Made by a program: the position numbers and the translations under genes. A stretch of DNA of 64,000 nucleotides. Source: Candidatus Parcubacteria bacterium. GTDB lineage: Bacteria > Patescibacteriota > Minisyncoccia > UBA6257 > HR35. The first letter of the stretch is position 1, and each line of letters opens with the position of its first letter. Where the stretch lies: NCBI GenBank assembly GCA_026004495.1, contig BPJG01000001.1, positions 70,470 through 134,469 of the forward strand, written 5' to 3'. Under the pieces are notes generated by a model, which saw nothing but the letters and a program-made list of their open reading frames with translations, ran no database searches and was not told the DNA's origin. Below, one piece after another: positions 29,028 through 37,521 of this stretch.

Positions 29028-29890
29028 ATTTTTTTAAGCTAATAAATATTTTTCCCTTTACCGCATCGATAATAATTTTTTTATTTCTATAGTTATCAAT
29101 TTTTCCTTTGATTATTTTTGATTCTACAAGACAAAAAATATTAAACTCTCTCGCTATGACTGCTATGTGTAAAAGAATGCCTCCAGTTATTATTAATCCA
29201 TTAATAAATGGAATTTTTTTAATCAACGAAATGTCCAGATTGCGTTTTACTAAAACAATATCATTTTATATTTATTTTATCATAATCTTCAATGTTTTTA
29301 ATTATTTTTAAAAATCAACTTGCGATACCCTTGTAAGCAATATTTCCTGTTCCTATGATTTTACTTTTGTCAAAAGTATAATTTATAATTTGGGGATATT
29401 TGTTCAGAGTTGTAATATTTCTACTTTGGAAAATATAAATTTCCTTACCGTCCCATCCCCATTCAATATCTAAGTATTCCCAAATATACCTTCAAGATTT
29501 AATGCTATCTTTGACAATTTTTTCAAAAATTTAGATTTCAGGTTATTTATTTTGGCTTTTTCAATTACCTTGATAATTGGTTTTTTATGACAACTAACAA
29601 CAGAATCTCCCAAGTCTTGGGTATATTCTACAATCATCTTATTGATATTTTGATTAAATGGATCGGCAGTAAATATCACTCCCGCAACACCTACGGGAAT
29701 CAATTCTTGAATGGCAATAGCCATACTTTCAAATTCCAGTCTGATATCATTTATTCGCGCGTATATTTTAGCATTATCACTAAATAAAGATCGATAACAT
29801 AATATAATTGCCTTTATAATATTTTCTTCCCCTTTTATATTTAAGAAGCTTGAATATTGACCAGCAAAGCTGAAAAAAGGGGGGATCCTC
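29002..29890 (-). pseudogene. PEP synthase (ppsA-like) N-terminal and phospho-His region, broken by several frameshifts
   Basis: SFAGQYSSFLNIKGEENIIKAIILCYRSLFSDNAKIYAR (PpsA SFAGQQETFLNV...ASLFNDRAISYR), MAIAIQELIPVGVAGVIFTADP (PpsA MAVGVQRMV..SGVMFS) and GGILLHIAVIAREFNI (phospho-His loop GGRTSHAAIIARE) lie in three different frames. Confidence 0.5.
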
Positions 29891-30073
29891 TACCCACACT
29901 TTTCTTTGATTATTTTTATTTTTTTGGATTTAGTTCCTACTTCTAAATTATCATAATCTTCTATAAGTTTTATATTATGGTAAATGAAATGTTTATCACA
30001 CATTAGCTTTAAAACCTCTTCTTTTAAAAAGTTCCTTTCATCTTGGATTAATCAAATATTATTTTATAGGTCC

Positions 30074-30163
30074 TTATTTTTCCCAACGATAAATAGTAAT
30101 ATATCTAACATTAAGTAATTTCGCTATTTCAATTGTGGTCAAATAAACGTTCTTATTTTTCAT
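30074..30163 (-). CDS. Very small HTH protein (AlpA/Xis-like), 29 aa
   Basis: Manual translation gives MKNKNVYLTTIEIAKLLNVRYITIYRWEK, which matches the excisionase-type HTH signature ...LLxVxxxTIYRW. Confidence 0.3.
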   Translation of the reverse strand: MKNKNVYLTTIEIAKLLNVRYITIYRWEK

Positions 30164-30558
30164 ACAATTCATATCATTAAATGACTTTGTTATACTTATA
30201 ATATAATTGCTGAACACTTTGCTAATGGTTTAGTATAATAATAGTAAAGGTCGAACACATCACAAACTATCTACTAAAACAGTTATCATAACTAATTATA
30301 ATAAAAAAGCTTTTATTCAAGAACAAGGGTCAAATGTTCTTGACATGGGCGGATTAAAAATAAAAATCAAAAATTAGAAGAAATAGAGAGATTAGAAGAA
30401 ATAGAGAGATTAGAAATCAAATATCTTTACATCAGACCTTGACGACCTCATAACGAGTTTAATAAAAGGGCTATCTAAATATGGAAAAAGATATTTTAGA
30501 TATGTTTTATTAGTTTTAGATGATAAATAGTTTTATATAATAAAATATTTATATACAA

Positions 30559-31020
30559 ATGAATGATTACTATAAAATATATAATTATTTTTTGACCGCC
30601 ATTAAAAAAGATAATCCTTATGGTACTCCCCCAAAAATTAGTGGAGGAAATACAAAAAATATTAAAAATGCTTTATTAAAATTTTTAATTACCCTCGAAA
30701 AAATAACAACTTCGTCAAAATTAAAATATCAAGATATTTCTATATTTGTTTTAACTGACCCCAAATTTTTCTTTCCTCATAAAAAATCGAACATTACATT
30801 AGATGATTATGGAGCGCATTTAAAAGTAAGTACCAAGGGTTTGTTGTATCAAATCTTTCAAGCTTTGGATTTATCTAGACATTTTAATTTAGTCATAAAA
30901 TTATATAATCTACTTTCAGATTTACATTTATACTTATCAATGAATGATATCCCCTCAGTAGAAATATATAAAAATAAAACTTTGAAATTATTGAAAAAGT
31001 TAAAAGAATTGGTAATTTGA
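30559..31020 (+). CDS. Hypothetical protein
   Basis: 153-aa ORF with no motif. Confidence 0.35.
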   Translation: MNDYYKIYNYFLTAIKKDNPYGTPPKISGGNTKNIKNALLKFLITLEKITTSSKLKYQDISIFVLTDPKFFFPHKKSNITLDDYGAHLKVSTKGLLYQIFQALDLSRHFNLVIKLYNLLSDLHLYLSMNDIPSVEIYKNKTLKLLKKLKELVI

Positions 31021-31308
31021 GAGTTGTTCTAATGAATTTTCAAGAAATTTTACAAAATTTAAACTTGACGGAGGAGTATTTTGATATTCAAAGAAGGATA
31101 AAAAAATTTAAGAGTTGATCAAATTTGTTCTTTAAGTGAATTGGTTGGGGGTCAAATTTAAAAGGTTAAATTTAAAAGAGAAGATTTAGAAAAGATAGCA
31201 AAATTAATTAAAGAAACAGACTCTGTTAATTTAGATACTATAATAACAGAAGCAAATTCAATTAAAGATCTTATTTTTTGGTTAGAAATTTTTGAAAAAT
31301 ATAAATAA

Positions 31309-31878
31309 ATGTATATTTCTCAGGGTAGATTTTGTTATATTGAAGAACTAACAACAGCCAATGATAAAGAATTATTTGAATTAATGAAAGAAAATGAAGA
31401 AGAGTATAGAAATTTAATTAGTGATCAACCCCTACCTCAAACTTATGAAGAATTTCGGGAAACATTGAAAACTTGGTTTACTCATGGAAGAAATTTTCAG
31501 TTTTTAGTCAGAAAAAGAGAAGGAGACAAAGTTATAGGTACTTTTTTCTTTTATTTTTGGGATCAAGAAAATAAAACAACTAAAATATCAGCCTATTTTA
31601 TTCCTGAAGTAAGAAAGACACCATTAATTGAAGAAGCATTAGGATTAGCTTTGATGTTTGCTTATAAAATAATGCATGTAGAAAAAGTAGAATTTTATGT
31701 TTATAGAGAAAACACTGAAATGCTTAACTTAGTTAAAAAATATAAGATTAATAAAGTATGTGAATCTCAAAGCGAAGTTAATCCTGAAAGAACATTAATA
31801 AACTTAGAAATCTCAAAAGAACAATTACAAGAAATATATAAAAAATTAAGAAGATTTTATGAGAGAAAGATAAGGTAA
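31309..31878 (+). CDS. GNAT-family N-acetyltransferase (probable)
   Basis: Length and pattern (VIGTFFFYFWD..., ALGLALMFAYKIMHVEKVEFYVYRENTEMLNLVKKYKI) resemble RimJ/RimL-like GNATs. Confidence 0.5.
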   Translation: MYISQGRFCYIEELTTANDKELFELMKENEEEYRNLISDQPLPQTYEEFRETLKTWFTHGRNFQFLVRKREGDKVIGTFFFYFWDQENKTTKISAYFIPEVRKTPLIEEALGLALMFAYKIMHVEKVEFYVYRENTEMLNLVKKYKINKVCESQSEVNPERTLINLEISKEQLQEIYKKLRRFYERKIR

Positions 31879-32140
31879 AAACCTGAATTTTTCTTAAATT
31901 TTTAACCTCCATCCAACCCCTGATAAATTGATTCTTGACCCGAATCCCATTAGAAGAAGCAAAAAAATTTATTCCATTTTGAAATTAAATTTAAAATAAA
32001 AGGTTATAAATAAAGAAAATTCTTGAATTAAAAAGTTTGATTTTAAGTAAAAAATTAAAAAAAAGAAGTATATAATATATAAAAAATTTTTCAGTTGATT
32101 AAAAAAGATTAAGAAAAGAAATTATTTGAATCAGTTATTT

Positions 32141-32309
32141 ATGGAAAAAAGAAACATTCTCAATAAATATCAAAAAAGATATATTTTCTCAAGATAACTT
32201 AAGTAAAAATTTCTATTTAACTGGTGGAACAGCCTTATCAAATTTATTAGTAACTTTTTATTTAAATAATAAAATTGATGAAAATTTAGATTTTTATATC
32301 AGAAATTGA
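32141..32309 (+). pseudogene. Frameshifted N-terminal fragment of an AbiEii/AbiGii-family nucleotidyltransferase toxin
   Basis: Two frames read MEKRNILNKYQKRYIFS / QDNLSKNFYLTGGTALSNLL...DENLDFYIRN*, matching the FxLKGGTAL and SEDIDF motifs of AbiEii. Confidence 0.35.
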
Positions 32310-32362
32310 TTTTACGTGATAAAATAATTACATATATTTTTTTTAATAAATTATAATTTTTT

Positions 32363-33409
32363 ATGATAAAAGAATTTAAAAGAGATCAACATAAAAATCA
32401 AACTTTATTTGAAAGATTCTTTGAATATAGACAACAAATAAAGAATTTATTTTTTCTATTAAAAAGAATTTTAACGATACCTATTATATACTATGATTAT
32501 CCGAGTGAAAAGATAAAAAATAGTCTTCAAAGAATTATTGACAACTTAGAAAAGAAGTACCCAGGTGATCAATGTCGTAAATATTTAACCTATCTTTTAC
32601 TAAAAGAAAATATAATTGGAGAAAGGGGAATAGTTCCTAAAAAAAGTGAGATTGAAAAGTTTGATTTTAAAGGCGAAGATTCTATTATTTATCAACTACA
32701 ATTATTTATTAAAAACTGGCAAAAAGAAAATGAGGAAATAATAAAACTTAGAAAAGAAAAAAATTTTAAGTCATATTTAGAATTATTAAAATTAACCGAG
32801 AATAATTTAAAAAATAAAAAAATTTTAGATATTGGAACAGGAGAAAATTATTTTATTGACTATTTATATGATAAAGAATTAACAAGTGGTTCTTATGGGT
32901 TAGATATTAAACCTCCAATATTAAATGAGGGACATTTTTTTATTGGTAAATTAGAAGAATTATCTTTTCAATCGGAATCCTTCGATTTGGTCACTTGTGT
33001 AAGTTCTTATCCTGGAATTTTTGTTTTTGAACTAATAGAATCAGAAGAAGTAAATGAATTAAATGAAGAAAAAATAAGAGAATTAATTAGGCAAGGATTA
33101 GAAGAAATGCTAAGAGTAACTAAAAAAGGTGGTGAAATAAGAATTACTCCATTTGCAAAAGAAATTATTTTTGATGAAGAAAAAATTAAGAAATACAAAA
33201 AAATTTATGAAAGATTAATTAAACAAAAAAAGCTAAATGAAATTATAATAGAGGAAATTGAAAATTATTGTAAGGAAACTCAAGCAAAATTAGAAATGGA
33301 ATTTCTTAAAAAAGAAAAATGTCCTATTTATATTAATAAAGATAACCAACCATTTAAAACAAAAAATTATTATATTGCTAATAATTATGTAATTATCATT
33401 AAAAAATAA
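32363..33409 (+). CDS. SAM-dependent methyltransferase-domain protein with a K/E-rich C-terminal extension
   Basis: ILDIGTGENYFIDYL (motif I), GLDIKP and FDLVTC. Confidence 0.55.
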   Translation: MIKEFKRDQHKNQTLFERFFEYRQQIKNLFFLLKRILTIPIIYYDYPSEKIKNSLQRIIDNLEKKYPGDQCRKYLTYLLLKENIIGERGIVPKKSEIEKFDFKGEDSIIYQLQLFIKNWQKENEEIIKLRKEKNFKSYLELLKLTENNLKNKKILDIGTGENYFIDYLYDKELTSGSYGLDIKPPILNEGHFFIGKLEELSFQSESFDLVTCVSSYPGIFVFELIESEEVNELNEEKIRELIRQGLEEMLRVTKKGGEIRITPFAKEIIFDEEKIKKYKKIYERLIKQKKLNEIIIEEIENYCKETQAKLEMEFLKKEKCPIYINKDNQPFKTKNYYIANNYVIIIKK

Positions 33410-33428
33410 AAAAAGAATAAATTTACTC

Positions 33429-33456
33429 TTGACAAATTTTTTTATTGAGGTATAAT
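33429..33456 (+). promoter_or_regulatory. Sigma70-type promoter for tandem unit 1 (TTGACA, 16-nt spacer, TATAAT)
   Basis: Both hexamers match the consensus: 33429-33434 and 33451-33456. Confidence 0.55.
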
Positions 33457-33462
33457 TATTAT

Positions 33463-33527
33463 CGGCTCTAACCCCTATGTCCTCGTCTCTGATATGGAAT
33501 GGAAGCTCCTGCTTCCATTTTTTTTTA
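33463..33527 (+). ncRNA. Candidate small RNA, unit 1 (a ~60-nt transcript ending in an intrinsic terminator)
   Basis: Consensus promoter, then a ~37-nt unique core, then a GGAAGC-TCCT-GCTTCC hairpin and a T9 run (33501-33526). Confidence 0.35.
33495..33527 (+). terminator. Rho-independent terminator (hairpin GGAAGCTCCTGCTTCC plus T-run)
   Basis: A 6-8 bp GC-containing stem with a 4-nt loop, followed by TTTTTTTTT. Confidence 0.6.
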
Positions 33528-33576
33528 TTCGTGTATTAAATTTAGATTTTCATGATATAATAATTAAAAAAATATC

Positions 33577-33604
33577 TTGACAAATTTTTTTATTGAGGTA
33601 TAAT
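33577..33604 (+). promoter_or_regulatory. Sigma70-type promoter for tandem unit 2 (identical to unit 1)
   Basis: TTGACA 33577-33582 and TATAAT 33599-33604. Confidence 0.55.
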
Positions 33605-33610
33605 TATTAT

Positions 33611-33672
33611 TAGTCTTGCCATAACCGTATCCGAATCACCTAAATTTGGAAGCTCCTGCTTCCATTTTTTTT
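33611..33672 (+). ncRNA. Candidate small RNA, unit 2 (diverged core, identical terminator)
   Basis: Same architecture as unit 1. The core is TAGTCTTGCCATAACCGTATCCGAATCACCTAAATT. Hairpin 33648-33663 and T-run 33665-33672. Confidence 0.35.
33642..33672 (+). terminator. Rho-independent terminator of unit 2
   Basis: GGAAGCTCCTGCTTCC followed by T8. Confidence 0.6.
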
Positions 33673-33767
33673 ATTCGTGTATTAAATTTAGATTTACATG
33701 ATATAATAATTAAAAAATAAAACTTTTTATGTTTTTAAATAAATTTTATAATATAAAAAAATAGAAA

Positions 33768-34502
33768 ATGGATAAAACTTTAAGGAATTCAATCATAGTT
33801 TTTTTATTTTCCTTTTTAATAATATGTTTTTGGTTTGCTTATGAATACTCAAAAAATGTTAAAGTCAAAAGATTAATTACTGTAATCGGCGAAGGGGAAG
33901 AAATTGTTACGCCTAACATTGCCGAAATAAGAATTGGAATAATTACGAAGGGTGAAGATTTAAAAACTATTCAAGAAGAAAATGATAATAAAATAAATAA
34001 AATTATAGATTTTATAAAGTCAAATGGAATTGATAGTAAAGATATTAAAACAGAAAATTATACAATTCATCCAGATTATGATTATAATACTTATCCTTCT
34101 CAAATTATTGGCTATAGCATAAGTCAAAATTTGAAAGTTAAAATTAGAGATTTGAATAAAATAAGCAATATTTTAAAAAAAGTAGTGTCTGAATATGGTG
34201 CTAATGATGTTTATGGACCTGATTTTACTGTTGACGAAATAGAAAATTATTTAGAAAAAGCAAAAGAAAAAGCAATTTTAAATGCCAAAGAAAAAGCTGA
34301 AAAAATTGCAAAAACAGCTGGAGTTAAATTAGGTAGAATAATAAGTATAAGCGAATCTTCAATATCTGGTAGAGACTTAAGTTCATTTTATAATTCCGCT
34401 GGTCGAGGAGGTGGTGAGTATATTATACAATCATCTCCCAAAATAGAACCTGGGTCTCAAGAAATAAAAACTCAAGTAAGCGTAATTTTCGAAATTAAAT
34501 GA
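33768..34502 (+). CDS. SIMPL-domain (DUF541, BP26/OMP28-like) protein with a signal anchor
   Basis: The pattern ...IHPDYDYN...YSISQNLKVKIRDLNKISNIL...AKEKAILNAKEKAEKIAK is typical of the SIMPL family. Confidence 0.65.
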   Translation: MDKTLRNSIIVFLFSFLIICFWFAYEYSKNVKVKRLITVIGEGEEIVTPNIAEIRIGIITKGEDLKTIQEENDNKINKIIDFIKSNGIDSKDIKTENYTIHPDYDYNTYPSQIIGYSISQNLKVKIRDLNKISNILKKVVSEYGANDVYGPDFTVDEIENYLEKAKEKAILNAKEKAEKIAKTAGVKLGRIISISESSISGRDLSSFYNSAGRGGGEYIIQSSPKIEPGSQEIKTQVSVIFEIK

Positions 34503-34551
34503 ATATTCTTTAAAAAAATAAATATTTTAAAATAGTAACCTAAATAATTAT

Positions 34552-35388
34552 TTACTTATATTTGCTTTTATAAAGTAAAGGGGCGGCTAAAAAAATAGAA
34601 GAGTAGGTACCAATAACAATTCCAATCTGAATTGATAGAATAAAAGGTCTTAAATCTTGAATTAGAATAGATAGAGGTACAATAGATATAATTGTAGATA
34701 GTGAAGTAAAAATAGATCTTCTTAATGTCTGATTAATACTTAAATTGAATATTTCAGCAGTATTTTTGCCTGTCTTTAAAATATTTTCCCTCAAACGATC
34801 GAAAACAACAATTGTATCATGTACAGAAAAACCAGCAATAATTAATAAGGCAGTAATAAATCTAAAATCTAAATCAAAATTATAAAACTTAGAAAGAAAA
34901 ATATAAAAACCAGTTGTAGCTATAACATCATGAAAAAGAGTAATAATAACAATAAAACCCAAGAAGAAAGGGGAAAATTGATTTTTTAATTTATAGAAAG
35001 AAAAAGAAACATAAGAGCCAATTGCTAATAAAACCAAAACAATCATTAAAAATGCCTTACGTCTTAACTCTGAGCTTAAGCTACTACTAATAGATTCAAA
35101 TTTTATCTGTTCACTTTGATTATCTCGATTTTTAATTTCTTGCCAAACAATATTTAAATCTTGTTGACTCTTAATTATATATCCCTCTTCAGTTGGATAA
35201 TAAATTGCCTTTAATTTTAAATTATTAATAATTAAAGGAACATCAGCTTTGGTTTTAATTTCAAGAATATTGCCACCAACTAAATCAATACCTAAATTAG
35301 GATTAAAAAGATAAAAACTTAAAACTCCAAAAATAACTAAAATTAAACTTAAAAAATAAAAATAATAACGATATTTAATAAAGTCCAT
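34552..35388 (-). CDS. secF: Protein translocase subunit SecF
   Basis: GIDLVGGNILEI and ITALLIIAGFSVHDTIVVFDRLREN (SecF signature). Confidence 0.8.
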   Translation of the reverse strand: MDFIKYRYYFYFLSLILVIFGVLSFYLFNPNLGIDLVGGNILEIKTKADVPLIINNLKLKAIYYPTEEGYIIKSQQDLNIVWQEIKNRDNQSEQIKFESISSSLSSELRRKAFLMIVLVLLAIGSYVSFSFYKLKNQFSPFFLGFIVIITLFHDVIATTGFYIFLSKFYNFDLDFRFITALLIIAGFSVHDTIVVFDRLRENILKTGKNTAEIFNLSINQTLRRSIFTSLSTIISIVPLSILIQDLRPFILSIQIGIVIGTYSSIFLAAPLLYKSKYK

Positions 35389-35899
35389 ATTATAAATTTA
35401 ATTTAACATATAAGAAAATTTAATTATAACTTAATTCTAAATTATTTTAAATGATTTCAAAAATTTTTATAATTAAAATAATTTTAAAAAAATCGATAAA
35501 AATGATTATAAAAAAATTAAAATAATTATCAACAATTATTAGTTAGTAAATTAAATAAATAAATAAATATGTAATTTTTTTATTTTATATAATTAATACA
35601 ACATTAACCATAATACTCTATAGAGTTTACACTTCCAAAAAAAGCTTTAAATATTTTTTAAATAGACGGGTTTAATCAACTAAAAAAAGAAGAGAATGTA
35701 GGGCGAATAATTAATTTCTAAATTAAAAGAAGACTTAAAAAACCTAAAATCAGATTAAGAAATAAATTAAAAAATAAAATATACTTCATTATTTGGTTAA
35801 ATCAATAAAAATTTTTATTATAGAATAGTTGAAAAATAAAAATAGTAAAAATAAAAATAATTCTCATTAAAATGAATATAAACAAAGAAATGACATAAT

Positions 35900-36289
35900 T
35901 CAGATTATTTTTAATATAATTTCTCTTTCTCTTGGTCCGTCAAATTCAATTAAAATTACTTTTTGCCAAGTTCCCAAAATTAAGTTCTTGTTTTCAAATG
36001 GAATAAAAAGAGAAACACCAATAAGTGAAGATAAAAAATGATCGGGAAAATGTTCAGGATTATGAGGATGAATATAATTTGCTCGAGGGGTAATTTTTTC
36101 AAAGGCAGTTAAATAATCTTTATTAGCACCAGGGTCTAGATCAGCAACAGTTAAAGCGCAGGTTGTATGTAGGGCAAAAAGGAAAACTAAGCTATTTTCT
36201 TTTTCTTGGTTGGTTAAAATTTTATTTATTTCTTCAGTAATATCAATAATTTCTTTTTTTTTATTAGTTCTAATAATTAATTTAAACAT
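35900..36289 (-). CDS. YjbQ/UPF0047 family protein (secondary thiamine-phosphate synthase-like)
   Basis: HTTCALTVADLDPGANKDY...HPHNPEHFPDHFLSSLIGVSLFIPFENKNLILGTWQKVILIEFDGPRER. Confidence 0.72.
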   Translation of the reverse strand: MFKLIIRTNKKKEIIDITEEINKILTNQEKENSLVFLFALHTTCALTVADLDPGANKDYLTAFEKITPRANYIHPHNPEHFPDHFLSSLIGVSLFIPFENKNLILGTWQKVILIEFDGPREREIILKII

Positions 36290-36843
36290 TACTGATTTAT
36301 CTCTTCATTAATTTCAATAATTTTAAATTTTAATTTATCAGGATCAATATTTAGAACTTCAATAGATTTAGGCAGATTAATTAGATTATTTCTATTAATA
36401 GAAATATTATAATTACTAGGCTCTAAATCAGATAAATCAATTACTGCTTTAATATTTTCAGTTTTAAAATTTTTAAAATCAAGTTCATTGCCAGAAATTA
36501 AAACTTTTATTTTTGAAATATTTAAATTAGACACACTTAAATTATCTTTAAGGTTAATAAATTCAATTGGAACTTCAACGATTTTTTGAATCTTTGTTTT
36601 GTTATAATTATTAACTATCCAAATTGAAAAAGAAATAAATAAAGCTAAAAAGCCAAAACCAATATTTTTTATTATTTTGCTATAATCAGACTTAAAAAGA
36701 TCATTAAAGGAATTTTGAAAATAATAATTTTTTAATTCTTTTATAATCTTGTCTTCGCTAATATTAAAAAATAATTTAGTATCTTTAACAAAAGAAATTT
36801 TTCCAGTTTCTTCAGAGATAATAATAATTAAAGCATCAGATGA
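36289..36843 (-). CDS. CdaR/YbbR-like regulator region, in the same reading frame as cdaA but separated from it by one in-frame TAA
   Basis: The continuation of the cdaA frame reads SSDALIIIISEETGKISFVKD... (CdaA C-terminus), then a TM segment and YbbR-like repeats (...KIKVLISGNELDFKNFKTENIKAVIDLSDL...). Confidence 0.45.
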   Translation of the reverse strand, partial: SSDALIIIISEETGKISFVKDTKLFFNISEDKIIKELKNYYFQNSFNDLFKSDYSKIIKNIGFGFLALFISFSIWIVNNYNKTKIQKIVEVPIEFINLKDNLSVSNLNISKIKVLISGNELDFKNFKTENIKAVIDLSDLEPSNYNISINRNNLINLPKSIEVLNIDPDKLKFKIIEINEEINQ

Positions 36844-37491
36844 TTAAGATAAACCTATGGCTGATCTATGACGAGTGCCTAATCTTTGATTATAATCATA
36901 AAAATCAGGCAACGGTAAATGAGCTGAAGCATATTTAATTTTATCATTTTTAATAATAATTGCGCCATCATGGAGCGGTGAGTTTTTATTGAAAATAGTT
37001 ATTATTAGTTCTGTGCTTATTTCACTGTTAAGTAGCTTTGCACCTTGGATAATAGAATCTAGAGTGATATTTTTTTCAAAAACTAAGATGGCTCCTATTT
37101 TATTTTGAGACAAATATTTTATAGCATTTAAGATGTTATCAATTAAAACATCTTTATTATTGAGATTTTTCTTTCTTTTTGGTACAATAATAGCAATCTG
37201 TTCTAAAAAAATCCTAAGCTCTCTCTGAAAAATTACGATTAAACTTAAAATTACAAAAGGTAGATAAAATTGAAGCAAATTTTTAGTTAGAGTAAGGTTT
37301 ACCCAATTAGCTACAAGAAATAAAAATACAAGAATTGAAAAACCAAAAATGATTTTATAAGAACGTGTTTTATTAATTATAGATATAGTAAAAAATACAA
37401 GAATACTTAATAAGAAAATATCTATAACATCTTTAATATAGATATTTTTAATTAAATAAATTAATTTTTGATAATCAATAAAATTATTCAT
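36844..37491 (-). CDS. cdaA: Diadenylate cyclase CdaA (TM plus DAC domain), terminated prematurely by an in-frame TAA at 36844-36846
   Basis: Motifs HDGAIII, AAHLPL and LGTRHRSAIGLS. The stop replaces the conserved E of ...GLSE.TDA... Confidence 0.72.
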   Translation of the reverse strand: MNNFIDYQKLIYLIKNIYIKDVIDIFLLSILVFFTISIINKTRSYKIIFGFSILVFLFLVANWVNLTLTKNLLQFYLPFVILSLIVIFQRELRIFLEQIAIIVPKRKKNLNNKDVLIDNILNAIKYLSQNKIGAILVFEKNITLDSIIQGAKLLNSEISTELIITIFNKNSPLHDGAIIIKNDKIKYASAHLPLPDFYDYNQRLGTRHRSAIGLS

Positions 37492-37521
37492 TTTAAATTA
37501 TATTATAATTAAAAAATTGAA

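Noticed and set aside
24256-29787. ORFs 24256-24483, 24985-25194, 28383-28571, 29108-29311 and 29587-29787 (+ strand)
   Set aside because: They are antisense to the MetRS fragment, the SGNH hydrolase, the alpha/beta hydrolase and the pps remnants respectively. There are no motifs.
33426-33720. Possible CRISPR-like array (repeated conserved segments around variable cores)
   Set aside because: There are only two units. Each has its own full promoter and terminator. The variable cores are diverged homologs rather than unrelated spacers. No cas genes are nearby.
36844-36846. Stop-codon reassignment (TAA read as sense)
   Set aside because: All other genes in the window terminate normally at TAA, TAG or TGA with expected lengths. 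A single G-to-T substitution of GAA explains the codon.
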